Of a stretch of DNA of 64,000 nt, positions 37,133 through 50,190 are shown in pieces. How positions within the stretch are numbered: position 1 is the first letter of the stretch; each line of letters opens with the position of its first letter. The translations under genes and the position numbers were made by a program. The notes beneath the pieces are model-generated. The model did no database searches, was not told the DNA's origin, and saw only the letters and a program-made list of their open reading frames with translations. Source of the stretch: Sporopachydermia quercuum (Eukaryota); the NCBI GenBank assembly GCA_001599295.1, contig BCGN01000001.1, forward strand, positions 1,674,001 to 1,738,000. Direction: 5' to 3'.

Positions 37133-38803
37133 ATGCGTCTTTATTACGTTGTGCCTCTGAAAGTCACGAGCGAATTCTCGAATAGTATCAATANTCATTT
37201 AAAGAGATTCAATGCTGAGATAGTCCCACAACTAGGCATCGAAACAAATGAGAGTACACTGTTTGAAGCAATTACGGATCCTTCACAATCCTTGATGGGT
37301 TTCTATAAAATGGCCGCTCAGTCAACAGATCCTTCTTCACCATCAATCATAATATTTCATGAATCTTTTTACTCGTCTGCCAATCAAGCTATCTTACAAG
37401 AACTTTTAGGCTTCTATTATTCAAATTTTAGTCATTTATCATTAGTTCTCGCTCCTGTTATACAGAAAACAACATTAGCCTCAGACCTTCCTTATATTTC
37501 TCAACTTATCGAAGCTGGAGCATCAGTTTTTATCTACGGTGAAACTCTCGACAATGTTTCCAGTGAACCATGTTTCAATAACCTGATTGAAACCTATCGT
37601 GATCTACATACTCTGACCTCTGATAGGCTAAGTACTGTTAAGATGTGGTCTGATATTTCTGATGGCAATTCTATAGCTCCCTGTTATAGAATTAGCACTA
37701 CGTTAGTTAAACAACTCACCACCAAGAAAATAGGAACCAATATTATCAAGACTTTCTTCAATGAGAATCTGAATATTATCCCCAATGAACTGCTTGGATT
37801 AACCCCTGAAAGGGCTACAGAGATCTTATCTATAGTTCCACAGTATGGCTTTAATGCTCATACTTTTAATAGCAATGAATTAATTTTTGTCGGAGTAAAC
37901 ATCTTCAAGCATGTGTTCAAAATGAGAAACTACGATACGAAAATCGATGATTTTGTTATCCCTGATGCAGAATTGTATGCGTTCGTCTTTTCAGTACGTG
38001 ATCATTATCATACAAGCAATCCTTTTCATAATTTCAGACATGCTGTTGACGTTCTACAAATGTGTTTCCATTTTCTACTTCGTTTAGGTTGTCTTCCCGC
38101 TTGGGGCCAAGAAGAAGAATCTACTGCTGTGTGCTTTGATATCCTAGCACCTTTGGATGTTTTATCATTATTGGTAGCAGCTATTGGTCACGATTCTGGC
38201 CATCCTGGTCTAACAAATGTTTTTCTTAACAAGCATAAAACTCCTTTGTCTTGTTTATATAACTCTAAATCGACTTTAGAGTCTTTTCACACTGCCTTGT
38301 TCACCAAAGTTCTCAATTTATACTGGCCAAGTACTTTTGAACTTCATACAAGCATTGTGGATTCAATATTAGCTACTGATATGGCTGTGCATTTTGAATA
38401 CATTGCTAAATTGAATAAGCTAATAGAATCTTCTGATAAGCTACAAGAATCTCTATTGGATAACGAAGTTTCTGACGATGAGAAAACTAAGATTAGAAGG
38501 CTTCTTTTGGGAATTTTAATAAAATGTGCTGACATTTCAAACGTTTCTAGACCTATAGAAGTGTCGATTCCATGGGGTTTTGATTTGTTGAATGAAATGA
38601 ATGAAATCGCTCAATTGGAAATAGAAACTGGAGGCCAAGGAAATGTCGTTGAAGTGTGCGAAAAAAATTTGAAAAACGGACAGTTATTTTTCATCAATAC
38701 ATTTGCAAAAAGCTTGTTTAAAGCGGTTAGTAAGTTGATTCCTGAGTTAGCATTTGCATATAATCAATTAGTTGATAATATACAGTATTGGGAAGAACTG
38801 TGA
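37133..38803 (+). CDS. PDE2: High-affinity (class I) cAMP phosphodiesterase
   Basis: 556 aa; NPFHNFRHAVDV, IGHDSGHPG, LESFH, ILATDM, IKCADISNV, GQLFFINTFA. Confidence 0.92.
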   Translation: MRLYYVVPLKVTSEFSNSINXHLKRFNAEIVPQLGIETNESTLFEAITDPSQSLMGFYKMAAQSTDPSSPSIIIFHESFYSSANQAILQELLGFYYSNFSHLSLVLAPVIQKTTLASDLPYISQLIEAGASVFIYGETLDNVSSEPCFNNLIETYRDLHTLTSDRLSTVKMWSDISDGNSIAPCYRISTTLVKQLTTKKIGTNIIKTFFNENLNIIPNELLGLTPERATEILSIVPQYGFNAHTFNSNELIFVGVNIFKHVFKMRNYDTKIDDFVIPDAELYAFVFSVRDHYHTSNPFHNFRHAVDVLQMCFHFLLRLGCLPAWGQEEESTAVCFDILAPLDVLSLLVAAIGHDSGHPGLTNVFLNKHKTPLSCLYNSKSTLESFHTALFTKVLNLYWPSTFELHTSIVDSILATDMAVHFEYIAKLNKLIESSDKLQESLLDNEVSDDEKTKIRRLLLGILIKCADISNVSRPIEVSIPWGFDLLNEMNEIAQLEIETGGQGNVVEVCEKNLKNGQLFFINTFAKSLFKAVSKLIPELAFAYNQLVDNIQYWEEL

Positions 38804-40005
38804 TCTAAGAAGGATGATCAATAAGAAATTGGACGTCTCCATGAGATATATGGCAAGTTGTTATCTTATAAGTACTTAACGGCAAATTAGTTGCCTGATG
38901 GTACAATGAATATAAACGATCATAGTCCCCTGTCATATGTCAACGATTCAATGCTATAATATTGTTACATTATTGTTATGATATCATATTATGGTATCAT
39001 ATTATGTAGCTTCACCATTATTGTCATAGTCAAGTTAATATTTAATCTCATGGCATTAGATTTCAATATCAAATTAATTACCAACAACTACTTCTTATTT
39101 ATAATTTGCCTTCATTGTTTCATTGCTTACCGAGTTATCACTCAGCTAATTGTTGCTTTCTGGTTTCCGGTTAATGCACTACTGGTTTTTATTAACACAC
39201 ATTGCTTACTACTACTGTTAGTTCTCGAACCTCATTTATAATCTATTACTGGATACTACTATCAAGTAGCATATAAGATTATTGCAATTGGTCCTTTTCA
39301 CAATTGATGATTCAACATTAATTTGAGACCGCTGTTTGTTCTTTTGTAGTATATAGTATAAGTATTGGATTATAAAGATAGATATTATAGACAAACTAGT
39401 GAACCATATGTTCCTATGTAGAATTGTGTTTATGATACCTTGACCCCCCAAGTTGTACTTGGCAGAAAGTTAATAGAAGTGAAACAAGTTCAGTACGATA
39501 AAGCAGATAAAGAGTAATTTTGACTGGTAGAGGATTTACTTGTTGATAGTCCAGCTTGCTACAATGAGAATGAAGAAGAAGAAGCAGATATCAATCGTTA
39601 GTGTAGTAGAATGACAACACTCTAGAATACAAGTTTTATCAATATTATTAAGAGCAAAAGACGTTTGCTTTATATGTTTAAAGATATATCACAGAAAGCC
39701 AACTATAAATATTATTTATATAGGAGCTTTTGATTATTTAGTGAATAATGAGCATATGAGCAACAAGAGCAACAAAAATATCAATATTTAGAAAAGTAAA
39801 CCTTCGAAATCAATTAAATTAAAGTGAAGTGCTTTCTATGAAAAGATGATAAATTCAATAATATTGCAACTAAATATGCGAAGTAGGACATAAAAAATAA
39901 AAAATAAAAAGAAGCAGTGAGGCAGTGAAATACAAGTTTCGAAAAACGCGCTCATAGCACGTAAACCAATAAATAAATGAAATACTGATAAATAGTAAAA
40001 TTTAC

Positions 40006-40040
40006 CAATCAATTGGTCAATCAATTGGTCAATCAATTGA
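40006..40040. repeat. Tandem 12-bp repeat CAATCAATTGGT, about 3 copies
   Basis: caatcaattggt caatcaattggt caatcaattga seen directly. Confidence 0.8.
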
Positions 40041-40356
40041 AGCACATTATATTTTACTATATTATGCTATATATTCCATTTTATTATTTACCAGAATCTA
40101 AAGACACGGACTCATTTACATTTACATTCCCATCCACTTACACTTCCTCACATATGTATTATTCACACTAACTGATTACCAAACTACTAAATATCCCATC
40201 TAATCACATCCTATTATACTCATCTGCCTCGCACTTCTTTCTGTCTAAGATATGAGTATCATACATCAACACTAAATTAATCACATCTATAAATTGCATC
40301 CATAGATCATATTCATTATTGTAGAAATAATCTGAACCATTCTCGGGCTTTTACAA

Positions 40357-43300
40357 CTATTTCTTAAACACCTTTTTCATAACACCATGATCTTTTAGCA
40401 ATCCTTCAAAACCAGAATTACTTTTCGTCTTTTTTCTGGAATTTTGTTTAAGGATTTTCTCTGCCTTCTTCATGGTTAAAACATTTCCATTTCTTTTAAT
40501 GTTACCATTAGCGGATTCTTCTTCCAGCTCAGAGTCAGAATCGGAGTCAGAATCAGAGTCAGAGTCAGAACCAGAACCAGAATCAGAGCCAGAACCAGAG
40601 TCGGAATCAGAATCAGTTTCTGACTCCGAGTCTTCATCAGTAATAACATTCTCCCGGCTTGAAGTTTTCCTCAGGTCGAGCTTTTTCACATTAACCAATT
40701 CTTTTAGACCTTCTCGAACATCAAGCTCTCTATTAACCAACGATGATAAACTCTTCAATCCTTTCATAATTCCTGCTTTGTTTGTTGTGGGATTAGAACT
40801 ACTGGCTTTAGTGTTCTGCTCAGATTTAGCATCAAATATGGTCACATTTCTGGCCACATTTTTGGAGTTAAGATTATCTCCCAAACCACCAGCTGAGCCA
40901 CTGGCTGATTCGGGAGCTTCTTCTTTTGGGGTACTATTCCTTCTCAATCTGGGGACAAAACTTGGTGACAAAGCTTCTATGGCGCTCTGACTACCACTAC
41001 TCTTGCTGCTAGTATTCGTTCTAGTAGTCTGTATTGGTGGCGGTCTTACTAAATGGGGGCTTCGGAGATCAGGTGCCTCTGGGGTTGGTGTTTTCTCTCT
41101 GGATTTAAAAATTGTGGTAGGTTCTTGCATCGATATACTAACGGACGTTGCAAGCCTCGGGACCTCTGTATCGGAATCCGAGTCATCGTCATCGTCGTCA
41201 TCCTCTTCCGAATCTTCATCTGAATCATCATCCTCCGAGACGCCTTCCGAAGCTTGAGCTTGAGCTGATACTGAAGTGAAATTTGGTTTAGCACTGCTGG
41301 GTTGAGTAAATGTTTTACCATTTGTTGCATTTAAGGTTTCTATAGGCTTAGTTGGCGACACAACATCCGTTTTGGTAGGAAGGGGAGTCTCAACCACACT
41401 TTTGTCATTTGGGGCTTCAGATTTTGCTTCAGTTTCGCCAAGCTTAACAATGTCCTCAGACTTGGCTTTCGTTTCCACCTTAGCCTCCATTTGGGACTTA
41501 CTTCTCTTCGTTTCCTCTTTAGGCTTTTCTTCTAGTTTACCTTTGGCGACTGCGCCACTTGTTGTCCTCGTCGTTGGATTAGCCTCAAGGTTCTTGGAAG
41601 TTGTTCCAACCATAGTGCTCTCTGTGGCTGCTGCTGGTGCGTCTGTTGTTGTCGGCTTAGGATTTTTAGCCCTAACACGAATAGCATTATTAACTGGTGG
41701 TTTAGATTTTTCGTTTGCCTCATTGTTAGCCTTGGATTCAACTGCCTTTTCAGTAGTAGCTTCGACTTTTTTGGTGTCTTCTGATATACCTTCATTATCA
41801 TCATCATCATCATCGTCATCATCACTAATTGTGGTTTTACTTAGAACCCTTTCATTATCAGTTGCCCTGGTAGCCTTTTTTGATGGAGGTCTGGCAGCAG
41901 CAGCAGTTTTGTCCTCAGACAAAGTAACTGTTTTATCCACAGTGGAAATAGAGGTCCCAGATATCTCTTTAGGAACAGTTGACTTCACAGTGTTTCTTGC
42001 GCTATTGTTCTGTGGAGCTCTTGGCAGTGGCTTTGTATCAGCACCGTCACTTAGCTCAGACACATCTTTATCTTCTATGTCAGCTTTAGCAGTTCTCTTG
42101 TCTTTCTCAACTTTTTCACTAATTTCTAGCTTCTGCTTTTGCTTCAGCCATTCCTCTTTTGTCAACATTTCTTTATTCAATGTTGCAATATTGCAATTGT
42201 TCACTTTGGGCGTAGATGCTGCTATCATTGCAAGCTCAGAAACACCATTTTCNCTTGTTGGAATATCAATTGTTTCCAAAGTAGTGTTTCCAACAGAGGT
42301 NGAATCACCTGGTGATATAGGAGTTTCCTTTGGAGTGGCACTACTATTCGTAGTAAGACTAGTACCAGCTGTAGCATCTATGGCAGGCGTAAGTGGAAGT
42401 GTAGCTTTAGTATTAGCTTTAGTATTATTATCAGTAGTTTTAGCATCACTTGGGGCAATTTTATGAACTGTTAAGTTATCATATGGATGTTCCATTTGTT
42501 CCTTCACTTTATCCAATGCCTTCTGAGCAGCTTTTCTAGTAGAGAATCTTCTGTTAGAAGTTTCTCCATGTACTTCACCTTCAGTAATTGCCCTTTCTTC
42601 AGTTTTTGCTTCAGTTTTTGCTCCACTTTTAACAGCAGTTGCCCTAGATCTAACAGGCTTCTTCACAGCTGCTTCTTGTTCTTTTGAATCAACCTTCTTA
42701 CGAATACTCTTGCTAGTTGAGGGAACAGATTCTTCACATTTGATGCCTAATCTTAAACATCTTGCACACGACGGAAGCGCTCTATCACACTTTTTTCTTA
42801 CTTGCCTACAACCCATACAGGCTAAGAGTCGGCAAGATGATGACTTGTTAGAAGTATCTACTTCTCTGTCATGTAATTCTGAATCATCTGTCTTTAGTAC
42901 ATCATCAGATGTTTTTTTAATAGTTTCGATGGATTCTGTCGGAGGCCTTGATAAGGATTTCAATTTCAATTTCCCTGAACCTTCTGTTTTATTTGCATTA
43001 TTCGATACCGCTTCAGCTTTATCTAATTTCGTTGCTGATGCTCTTTTCTTAGTAGCTTTAGCATCATCAGTATTTTTAACAGCTTCAGCATTTCCTAGTT
43101 TCTCATTTATCGTAGCCTTTTTTTTATATTGTCTTGGCTTTGATTGAATCCTTACTTTTTTACTACTAGAAGATGATTTGTTCTCGATCTCATCAGGTTC
43201 CAAAATCATTTCTTTGCTCATATTACTTGGACTCAATAAATCTTCATGAGTGCTAACGTCGATATTTCTAATGGGAGAGGGAGCCAAAAGCAGAGGTGAC

Positions 43301-44422
43301 TTCTGGGGATCTACATTCATAGCTGAGTCATCACTAGGAGGAGGAGCTAAAGATAAATTGCTTTCCTCCTCATCTTCTTCATCTTCATCGCTTTCTTCCG
43401 ATGCGTGCTCCTCTTCCTGGTCCTTCTGCCTATCTATGTACTCTTTTCTTGAACCCCTACCAGAATTCGTGCCATCTTCCTGATTAATCATATGAGAATT
43501 ATCATTAGCATCATTAGCATGCATTAAAGTCTGTACAGAAGTTCTTACAGCTCTTGGTGATTCACTAAGTCTAGTATAGTTAAACTCTATGCTATCATTA
43601 TCGTTTTCAAAATCTGTATCAAAGCCCAAAAAGCTATCTTTCTTCCGACGTTTTCCTCTACTGACTGCATGCATAATTGCATTAGTATTTCCNCTGGTAT
43701 CTGCATCCGATCGAGGAACTTCCGAACTTGGCTTCCGTTTGCTCACCATAAGTCGAGCCGTTGCTTTATATCGAGGAACATCTAATAGCTCATCGTTCTT
43801 AGCAAGCTGTGAATACTCGTCGTGATCTATAGGAGGATTCAATAATACTCTTACTATATTACAATCATCGAAAACATCTTCAGCAATATAATCAGGGTCT
43901 AAGTCGCAACCATTAACGTCTTGTAATCTGTTTATATCCAGAGGTCTATAATTGGTCAGTATTTAATCAATAAATCAATAAAAAAGAAAAAGCTCTCATG
44001 TAGAAAACATAAGAGTAAATTAAGAGTAGCGTTTGTCTTTAACTCAACAAAATATTTACTTACCTTTCATCAGGATATAGCTTAACAAATCTGGTAGCGA
44101 TCTCTTCGCAAATTTGTAATAAATTATACCCTTTATGCGTCAAATGCAAAAATTTCTTTAATTCCACGTTCTGATAATTGGAAATTGGTGATCCCGTTAC
44201 CAGTGGACTAGATGCTGCGTAGCCGATTGATGTCATACGAGCCTGGGTTATTGATGGAGGTGTATTGTACATTCCCGTAAGTGAGTGCCGCCCCCTGCCG
44301 GAAGTATTTCGCATTCTGACATTGCTTTGAGGGTATATCTGACTGTTACTATCTTCTCCATATGTCGCTTGGGTATTTATATGTTTTGTCCAAGGGATCA
44401 GAACTACTTGAAGTTTCAACAT
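40357..44422 (-). CDS. Net1/Tof2/Dnt1-like nucleolar Cdc14-binding protein with an internal Zn(II)2Cys6 domain; exons 44422-44064 and 43945-40357 (1315 aa)
   Basis: MLKLQVVLIP...KKFLHLT...EIATRFVKLYPDER|PLDINRLQDVNGCDLDPDYIAEDVF is the Net1-family N-terminal domain, joined across intron 44063-43946 (GTAAGT...TACTGAC...TAG); long disordered region; LKSLSSLV, a DS-repeat and a basic C-terminus. Confidence 0.85.
40528..40630 (-). repeat. Coding hexamer repeat (Asp-Ser / Gly-Ser tract)
   Basis: Repeated tcagag/tcagaa/ccagaa units encode DSESETDSDSDSGSGSDSGSGSDSDSDSDSDSDSE. Confidence 0.85.
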
Positions 44423-45406
44423 TGTAATCGAGCTTATTTTCTGTGCATACAAGATTATAGTTACTTTATCGTTACCAAAAACATCCAAAAGGTATTATGG
44501 GTATAGATAATGAAAATTAAGCGTTTTAGTAAGTATTTGTCAAATCTCGAAACAGACAATAATTGTGGATGGAATTTTTGACCTTATTTATTTGATTTGA
44601 GGCCTGTCAAGTGCGTTTCCTGTGTAGACTAGGTAACAACAAATCAGCCCAAAGTGAACAGGAAATACTTCTAGTGTTATCGAATTCCAAGGCAGACAAA
44701 TGCCAATTGATTGTCGGGTTAATGTAACAATATTGTGCAAGTCACTATTAACATTAAGCCAATATATAGAATATAACGTAACGATTTATTGGAGATGGTA
44801 TGAAAAAATAGTAGTATTTCGGTTATTGCATGGATTTTTTACAAAGATGGTTCTATTTTTTCTTGGTAGAAATGTAGTTGGTGTGGAAATAAGGTTTTGG
44901 TTGAAAGGCAATTTACGCGTTTGTATCCGGAGGTTTCCCATGTCAATTCCGGAGGTCTGTTATTAAGGAACGAGAAGTAATGCCAATCACGTGCTTTTCT
45001 ATGAGAATCACCTTAAGTTAATTTCGGCTTAGATATCAGAATCGATGAAGTTTACAACTTTGGAATTGAATCGCGTGAAGACACATTGAAAATCGTTTAT
45101 GTACGGATTGGCTTTGAAATCATCTTAATGGGACAGACACTATCTGAGTATGTGAATGTTNAATGACAGTTGTTGTACAGGTTGACGATAGATAGGAAAC
45201 GCAGTAAGNGCTGTATTAATTTTTCTTTCAAAATTGCTCAATAATAAGAAACCAGAGTTTAGTGTGTATTTTGTATAGTTTAAAAGATACCTAATTAAAA
45301 AAATGTGCTGCGTAAACTGTATGGCAGTGTGAACAAGAATTCATCATCCCATTGTCAAGCGTTCTCAATAGACAGAGATTGAGCTGATGTAGTAAAGTTG
45401 TCTAAA

Positions 45407-45429
45407 TTTTTTTTTTTTTTTTTTTTTTT
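45407..45429. repeat. Poly(dT) tract, 23 nt
   Basis: Uninterrupted T run between the RAD28 3' end and the NET1-like promoter. Confidence 0.9.
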
Positions 45430-45696
45430 GATGGAGGCTGATCACTCTTAGGAATAAAGGTAAGCTCGGTGTATCATTTTGCAATAACACTTCACGGCAT
45501 ACTCTGTACGTTATCAAAAAGTACTTAATACCAAAAGAGCAATATAACAGATTCAGTGTGACATCGTAAACTGTATAGCTCTTAACTCCAAAGTAACAAA
45601 ATACGCTTTGTTGATCCGATAAACACAATACAATGTGGTGTGTCATCAACTTATACTAAATTATCAGTGACCACGTCCTACTATTCTTCTAAGAAN

Positions 45697-47206
45697 TTAA
45701 CCTAGTTTTATCCTTTTTGCATTCATTTCATTATTGACACTATCTAGCACATTGCGTGAAACTTGATCTGTGCCAAAGATATCATCCAAATCATCGGAGT
45801 TATCANAATCATCTTCAGAATCATCTTCATTGTATTCAGGTTCAGGTGCCCAATGTAATATCTTTCCATCCAACCCCCCAGTGAAAAATTCGACTGTTTC
45901 ATAATCTTTGAAATCAATAGTGCTACATCGTGCACTAGAAACACCTCTAGCGAGTCTATTGATCATTTTCCCCTCACGAAAATCATAAAATATTACATCG
46001 CCAGTATCACTAGGAAATACCAGAATCTCTCTACTTCCATATCGATAGGGTTCTTCTACCAATGAAAAATCTAGATGTTGTAAATGTTTGTTTCTTATCA
46101 AAGGGCCAAAATTTGTCAGTTTATTGATACCACCCTCTGGTATTAAATCCCAAACTCTCATCTTATCATCATTACCACAGGATATAAGGGTCCCACCATC
46201 TCTACACCAAGCAAGACCATTTACAGGACCCATATGAGATCTTATTCTGAAATTATCATACCTATTGTCTTTCTTTGCATCAGTTGTCAGACTCTTCCTG
46301 TTAAGATAGAGTTGGGCTTTAGGAGGGTTTGAATCATCGACTCTGTTCATGTCTAACAAGCAAACACATGCATTGCTTCTTCTAATATCCCAAAGCCTAA
46401 TAGTTGAATCTGATCCGCCTGATGCCAAAATATTTGGATCTTGAGGTGACCAAGCGACAGCTAGAACTTTTCCATTGTAATGGCCTGCTAGTGAATGAGT
46501 AGCTGAGCTGGTTCTGATGTCGAGTAAACGTACGATTGGATGGTCGGAACCAGTAGCTATTAAGGTATGCTGACCGGTTTTTGATAAGTCAAAATTGTAC
46601 ACTTTATTTCCCAAGTCAAACGATAGAACACTTTCCATTTCATTACTATCCCATACTTTGACAGTGTTATCAAATGAGGACGACACAAACATTCCATTAT
46701 CATTGGGCCACCATGCGCAGCATGAAACAGCAAAATCATGCCCTTCATGTCTATAATCTGTGTTAGTAAGTTAGCCAATAATTAAATCGATTTCAAATTG
46801 AAGAATTCGCAGAGTGGAACGGAACATAATACTTACCTCGGTATTGTCTCTAAACAGACATATTTCTTATCATCGTAATCTGATTCTCTTTCATCAAACT
46901 CTTCCAAATCCCATATTTTTAAACTGGAATCAGCTCCTCCAGATATCATACTATTAGAGAATGTTAGCTTAACTTCTCCTCAGTAAGAATAATATTTGGT
47001 CTCAGCATTCGCCATATTCATACATACTATCTATTCTCTGCTCTTTCAATAGTCAAATAATTAGTTGCACCCAAGTGCGCTGGTATTGGGAAGCTCTCAT
47101 CTTCAACGATATGCAATCTTTGGATTCTATTTTCTTGAAATTGACGTCTTAACTTCCAGGGATCCTTGGTTAACCCCAGTGACCTATCCAGCAACAAACC
47201 ATTCAT
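45697..47206 (-). CDS. RAD28: WD40 protein, Rad28/CSA (ERCC8) homologue; exons 47206-47028, 46950-46837, 46750-45697
   Basis: Spliced N-terminus MNGLLLDRSLG...ENRYMISGGADSSLKIWDL...HDFAVSCCAWWPNDNGMFVSSSFD; VRLLDIRTSSATHSLAGH, RLWDIRRS, TNFGPLIRN are CSA-family features. Confidence 0.85.
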
Positions 47207-48419
47207 TAACTGATCAAATCCCTATTGGATTTTCTAAGTGAATGGTAATGTCAGACATACAATTGCCTTGTTTTGGAAGTTCTCTTTCTCTCCAAAGCAT
47301 TCACCAATTTTATCAATCTTTGAATCGCCCAAAAAAACACTTGCACAACTTAGAAAACATGTTAATTATTAGACTGATTTATTTTCTTGTTCTCTTTTTA
47401 TTTTTCATTTATACTGTTTATCTCTTTGTTCAGACCATGGATGGTAGGAAGAGATGAGAGAGATAGTGTACAGTATTGCCTAAATAAGAAGATTTTACCA
47501 ATCCCAACACTTTCAAATCCGAATAAAGACCTAACATCATTTCAACTGAAATTAATCATTATCTCTATTCAATGATCATGTTAATTTAAACAAATTCTTT
47601 CTTCGTTATTTACGTCTTTTCGTATACAATAGTAGCAATACAAGCAGCAGCGTCTTTCATTATAAATCTTTTCTCACGTTCGCAAACCTCTCAGAACTTT
47701 CTTGTGAGCATTTCGAAATGTGGGGCTTTGCTATCAATCTGCATGTGACATTCATATGAATGATGTTTGAGTAACAAAAGTTGAACAAATCCATTTAAGT
47801 GTCGCCCATCTCGCTTCTGTGGTATAGTAACTAGGGTCTGTCCGTTTCCACTCTTTTGATGGCAGTTTTCTTTTTTTCTGTTTTTTGTTGTGGTGATGAT
47901 ATCTTGTTGATATGAGTTGATCAAAGCTTGNTGATATGTGTACCACCATGTTTGATTCGTTTTACGAAGATAGTAGTTACATAGGAAATATAGANAAGAT
48001 CAGCAGTCGAACTAGAAATTTGCTAGAAGAACTTGAAATAGATTGAAAGCTAGATAGATATATATTACGGAACTATAAAAATCCATACAGTAGAAAGGAG
48101 TTGTTTTCAAGAGTGGATGATTGTTTGAAAAAGATCAACTTGGAGGAACCAGTAACTATTAAGATAAGGTGTCATCACAATAAGAGATTTGAATTTTTTA
48201 TTGCTGTTACAGCAATGATTTGAATTCAAATTTGGGGGATTGTCAGCTATATGGATTTGGGATAGATACTTACTTTCATTTGGGTAGTTATTGTTTCTTC
48301 AAGATCGAAAGTGAATTGAGTGAAAAGAGCATATTTCAAGGCTTACAAAAGACAGATATAAACGGAATAGAAGAAATAAAATATATTAACGGGTCTGTAA
48401 ATGGTATGTTCTTTAGAGG

Positions 48420-50190
48420 ATGCCATTAATGTTACGTAACAGCCACGGCAATCATGGCTCCTCTCCTTCATCAGATGGTTCTAATAAATCTGGTTCGTTT
48501 TTGAGACGTCAAATGAAGTTACGTCAATTTGGATCTAATTTGATGCGGAAATCGCTTGCATTGAAAATTTTATCACCTCATATTGAACAGTCTGACGAAA
48601 GGATTCAGAGACTGAAATCAAAATGGGGATCGTACAAAGGAAGATATTCCAAACGTCGTTGGCCAGAGAATCATTTCCATTGTGATGACATCTATTGCGA
48701 TGATCATTTTGATTCTCCGATTTCATCAGCGAGTGCAACAATGAGAGACGAGACAATGAGAGATGCTACAATCGATGAAGTCTATGAAAATATCCCTTCA
48801 AGGTTGGAGCTTGATGACCTGCAGGACTCTAGTTTGAGGTCTACAAGACCCCCCTATTCAAGTGATCCTTATGTTGGCTATTTTAATCGTTCGCTCGATA
48901 CAAGCCCCTTTGTTTGTTCGCTGGTGCAAAGAGAGAATTCGATCTGCTCTTCTGTCGACTTTTGTTCTAACTTCACTCCAAAGAAGAACAATGACAGTTC
49001 ACAGTTCCCAGCTCCTACTGAGATTACTATTAGAGATTTGACAATGCTTGATATTAGTGATGATTTGCATACGTTAGACCCTAATGATACTATCTATGAA
49101 AAGTTTCACTGCACAAATCTTTCGGATGTTTTTGATTCCTATATGCAGAAAACACCAATTAGCAATTACAAAGTTAACTCAGGGGATCCAAATCCAAAGA
49201 ATATCTACGCTCCAGGTAGATTTTCATCACACAATGATTCAATCAACAGAAAACTTAGTAATTCGTATTCGAACACATTTGAAGTGAGTAATGAGGACAC
49301 ATGTGATTATGATAATGATAATCAATTTCAAGATGAAGGCACATCACAACGATTATCTAAGAACCAAACTTATGCAGCAGGGACTTTCAAATCCTTGCTT
49401 CCAAGCAATCATAATAGTTCTTTCTTCTACTCACCTATAACTCCTGATTACTTGTCTTCAAATAATAACATTAATCAACATGAGAGACTGCAAATGAACA
49501 GTATATATTACCAATATGCGAATCACTTCTACCGTTCAGAACTGACAATATTTTTTAGCTGAAAAATTTAATAGACATATTGATTCGGATCCTTTTTATG
49601 AAGCCTTCTCAGATATTGATGAATACCAAGTAAAATCTCGCCTAGCTAATGTTCTTCCACAGATTTATAATCGTAACAACGTGAACTTGCAAACACCAGT
49701 GAAAACCTCAAAATATGAAAGAGAATCTATTCTTAGTCCTCTATTATTTGAGCCAGATATGGAAACCAAAAGTAGTCATCATACCAACAATAATAACAAT
49801 AGAAGTAGAATTCAGTTCAGTCCGGAGCCTGAAGTGTTCTGCTATAATACTGACACAATCAGGCGTCATAGTCGTACATCTTCTATCAGGCATTTGTGGT
49901 CATTAAGAGGGAAGTATCTGAAAGGAAAAAATGAGATATCACATTCAAATGGGTTCGATGTATCCGAATCGGTTTTGAAAAATAAAATCAATGAGAACTT
50001 CCGCCAGGAGCTTTTACAAGCTGAAAAGTGTGACGGCGTTAATATTGAAGAGTTCCTACATATATTCGATACTAGAGAACAAAATCGTGTTAAATCAGAA
50101 CCATTTCTAAGTTCAGCACGCTTAAAACAGTTGGAAAATTATCAGAGATATACAGATTACCCCATAAGAACTCTAGAATATGTCAACTGA
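48420..50190 (+). CDS. Gip1-like PP1 (Glc7) regulatory subunit; exons 48420-49500 and 49559-50190 (570 aa)
   Basis: RVxF-type motif RIQF, SILK-type SVLK, and C-terminal AEKCDGVNIEEFL...ARLKQLENY resembling the Gip1 C-terminus as I recall it; a 58-nt intron (GTATAT...ACTGAC...TTTTTTAG) joins the two ORFs in exact phase. Confidence 0.65.

Noticed and set aside
40472..43147. Long antisense ORFs (172, 364 and 145 aa) opposite the Net1-like gene, and a similar one opposite ESF1
   Set aside because: Shadow ORFs produced by low-complexity, codon-biased sense genes.
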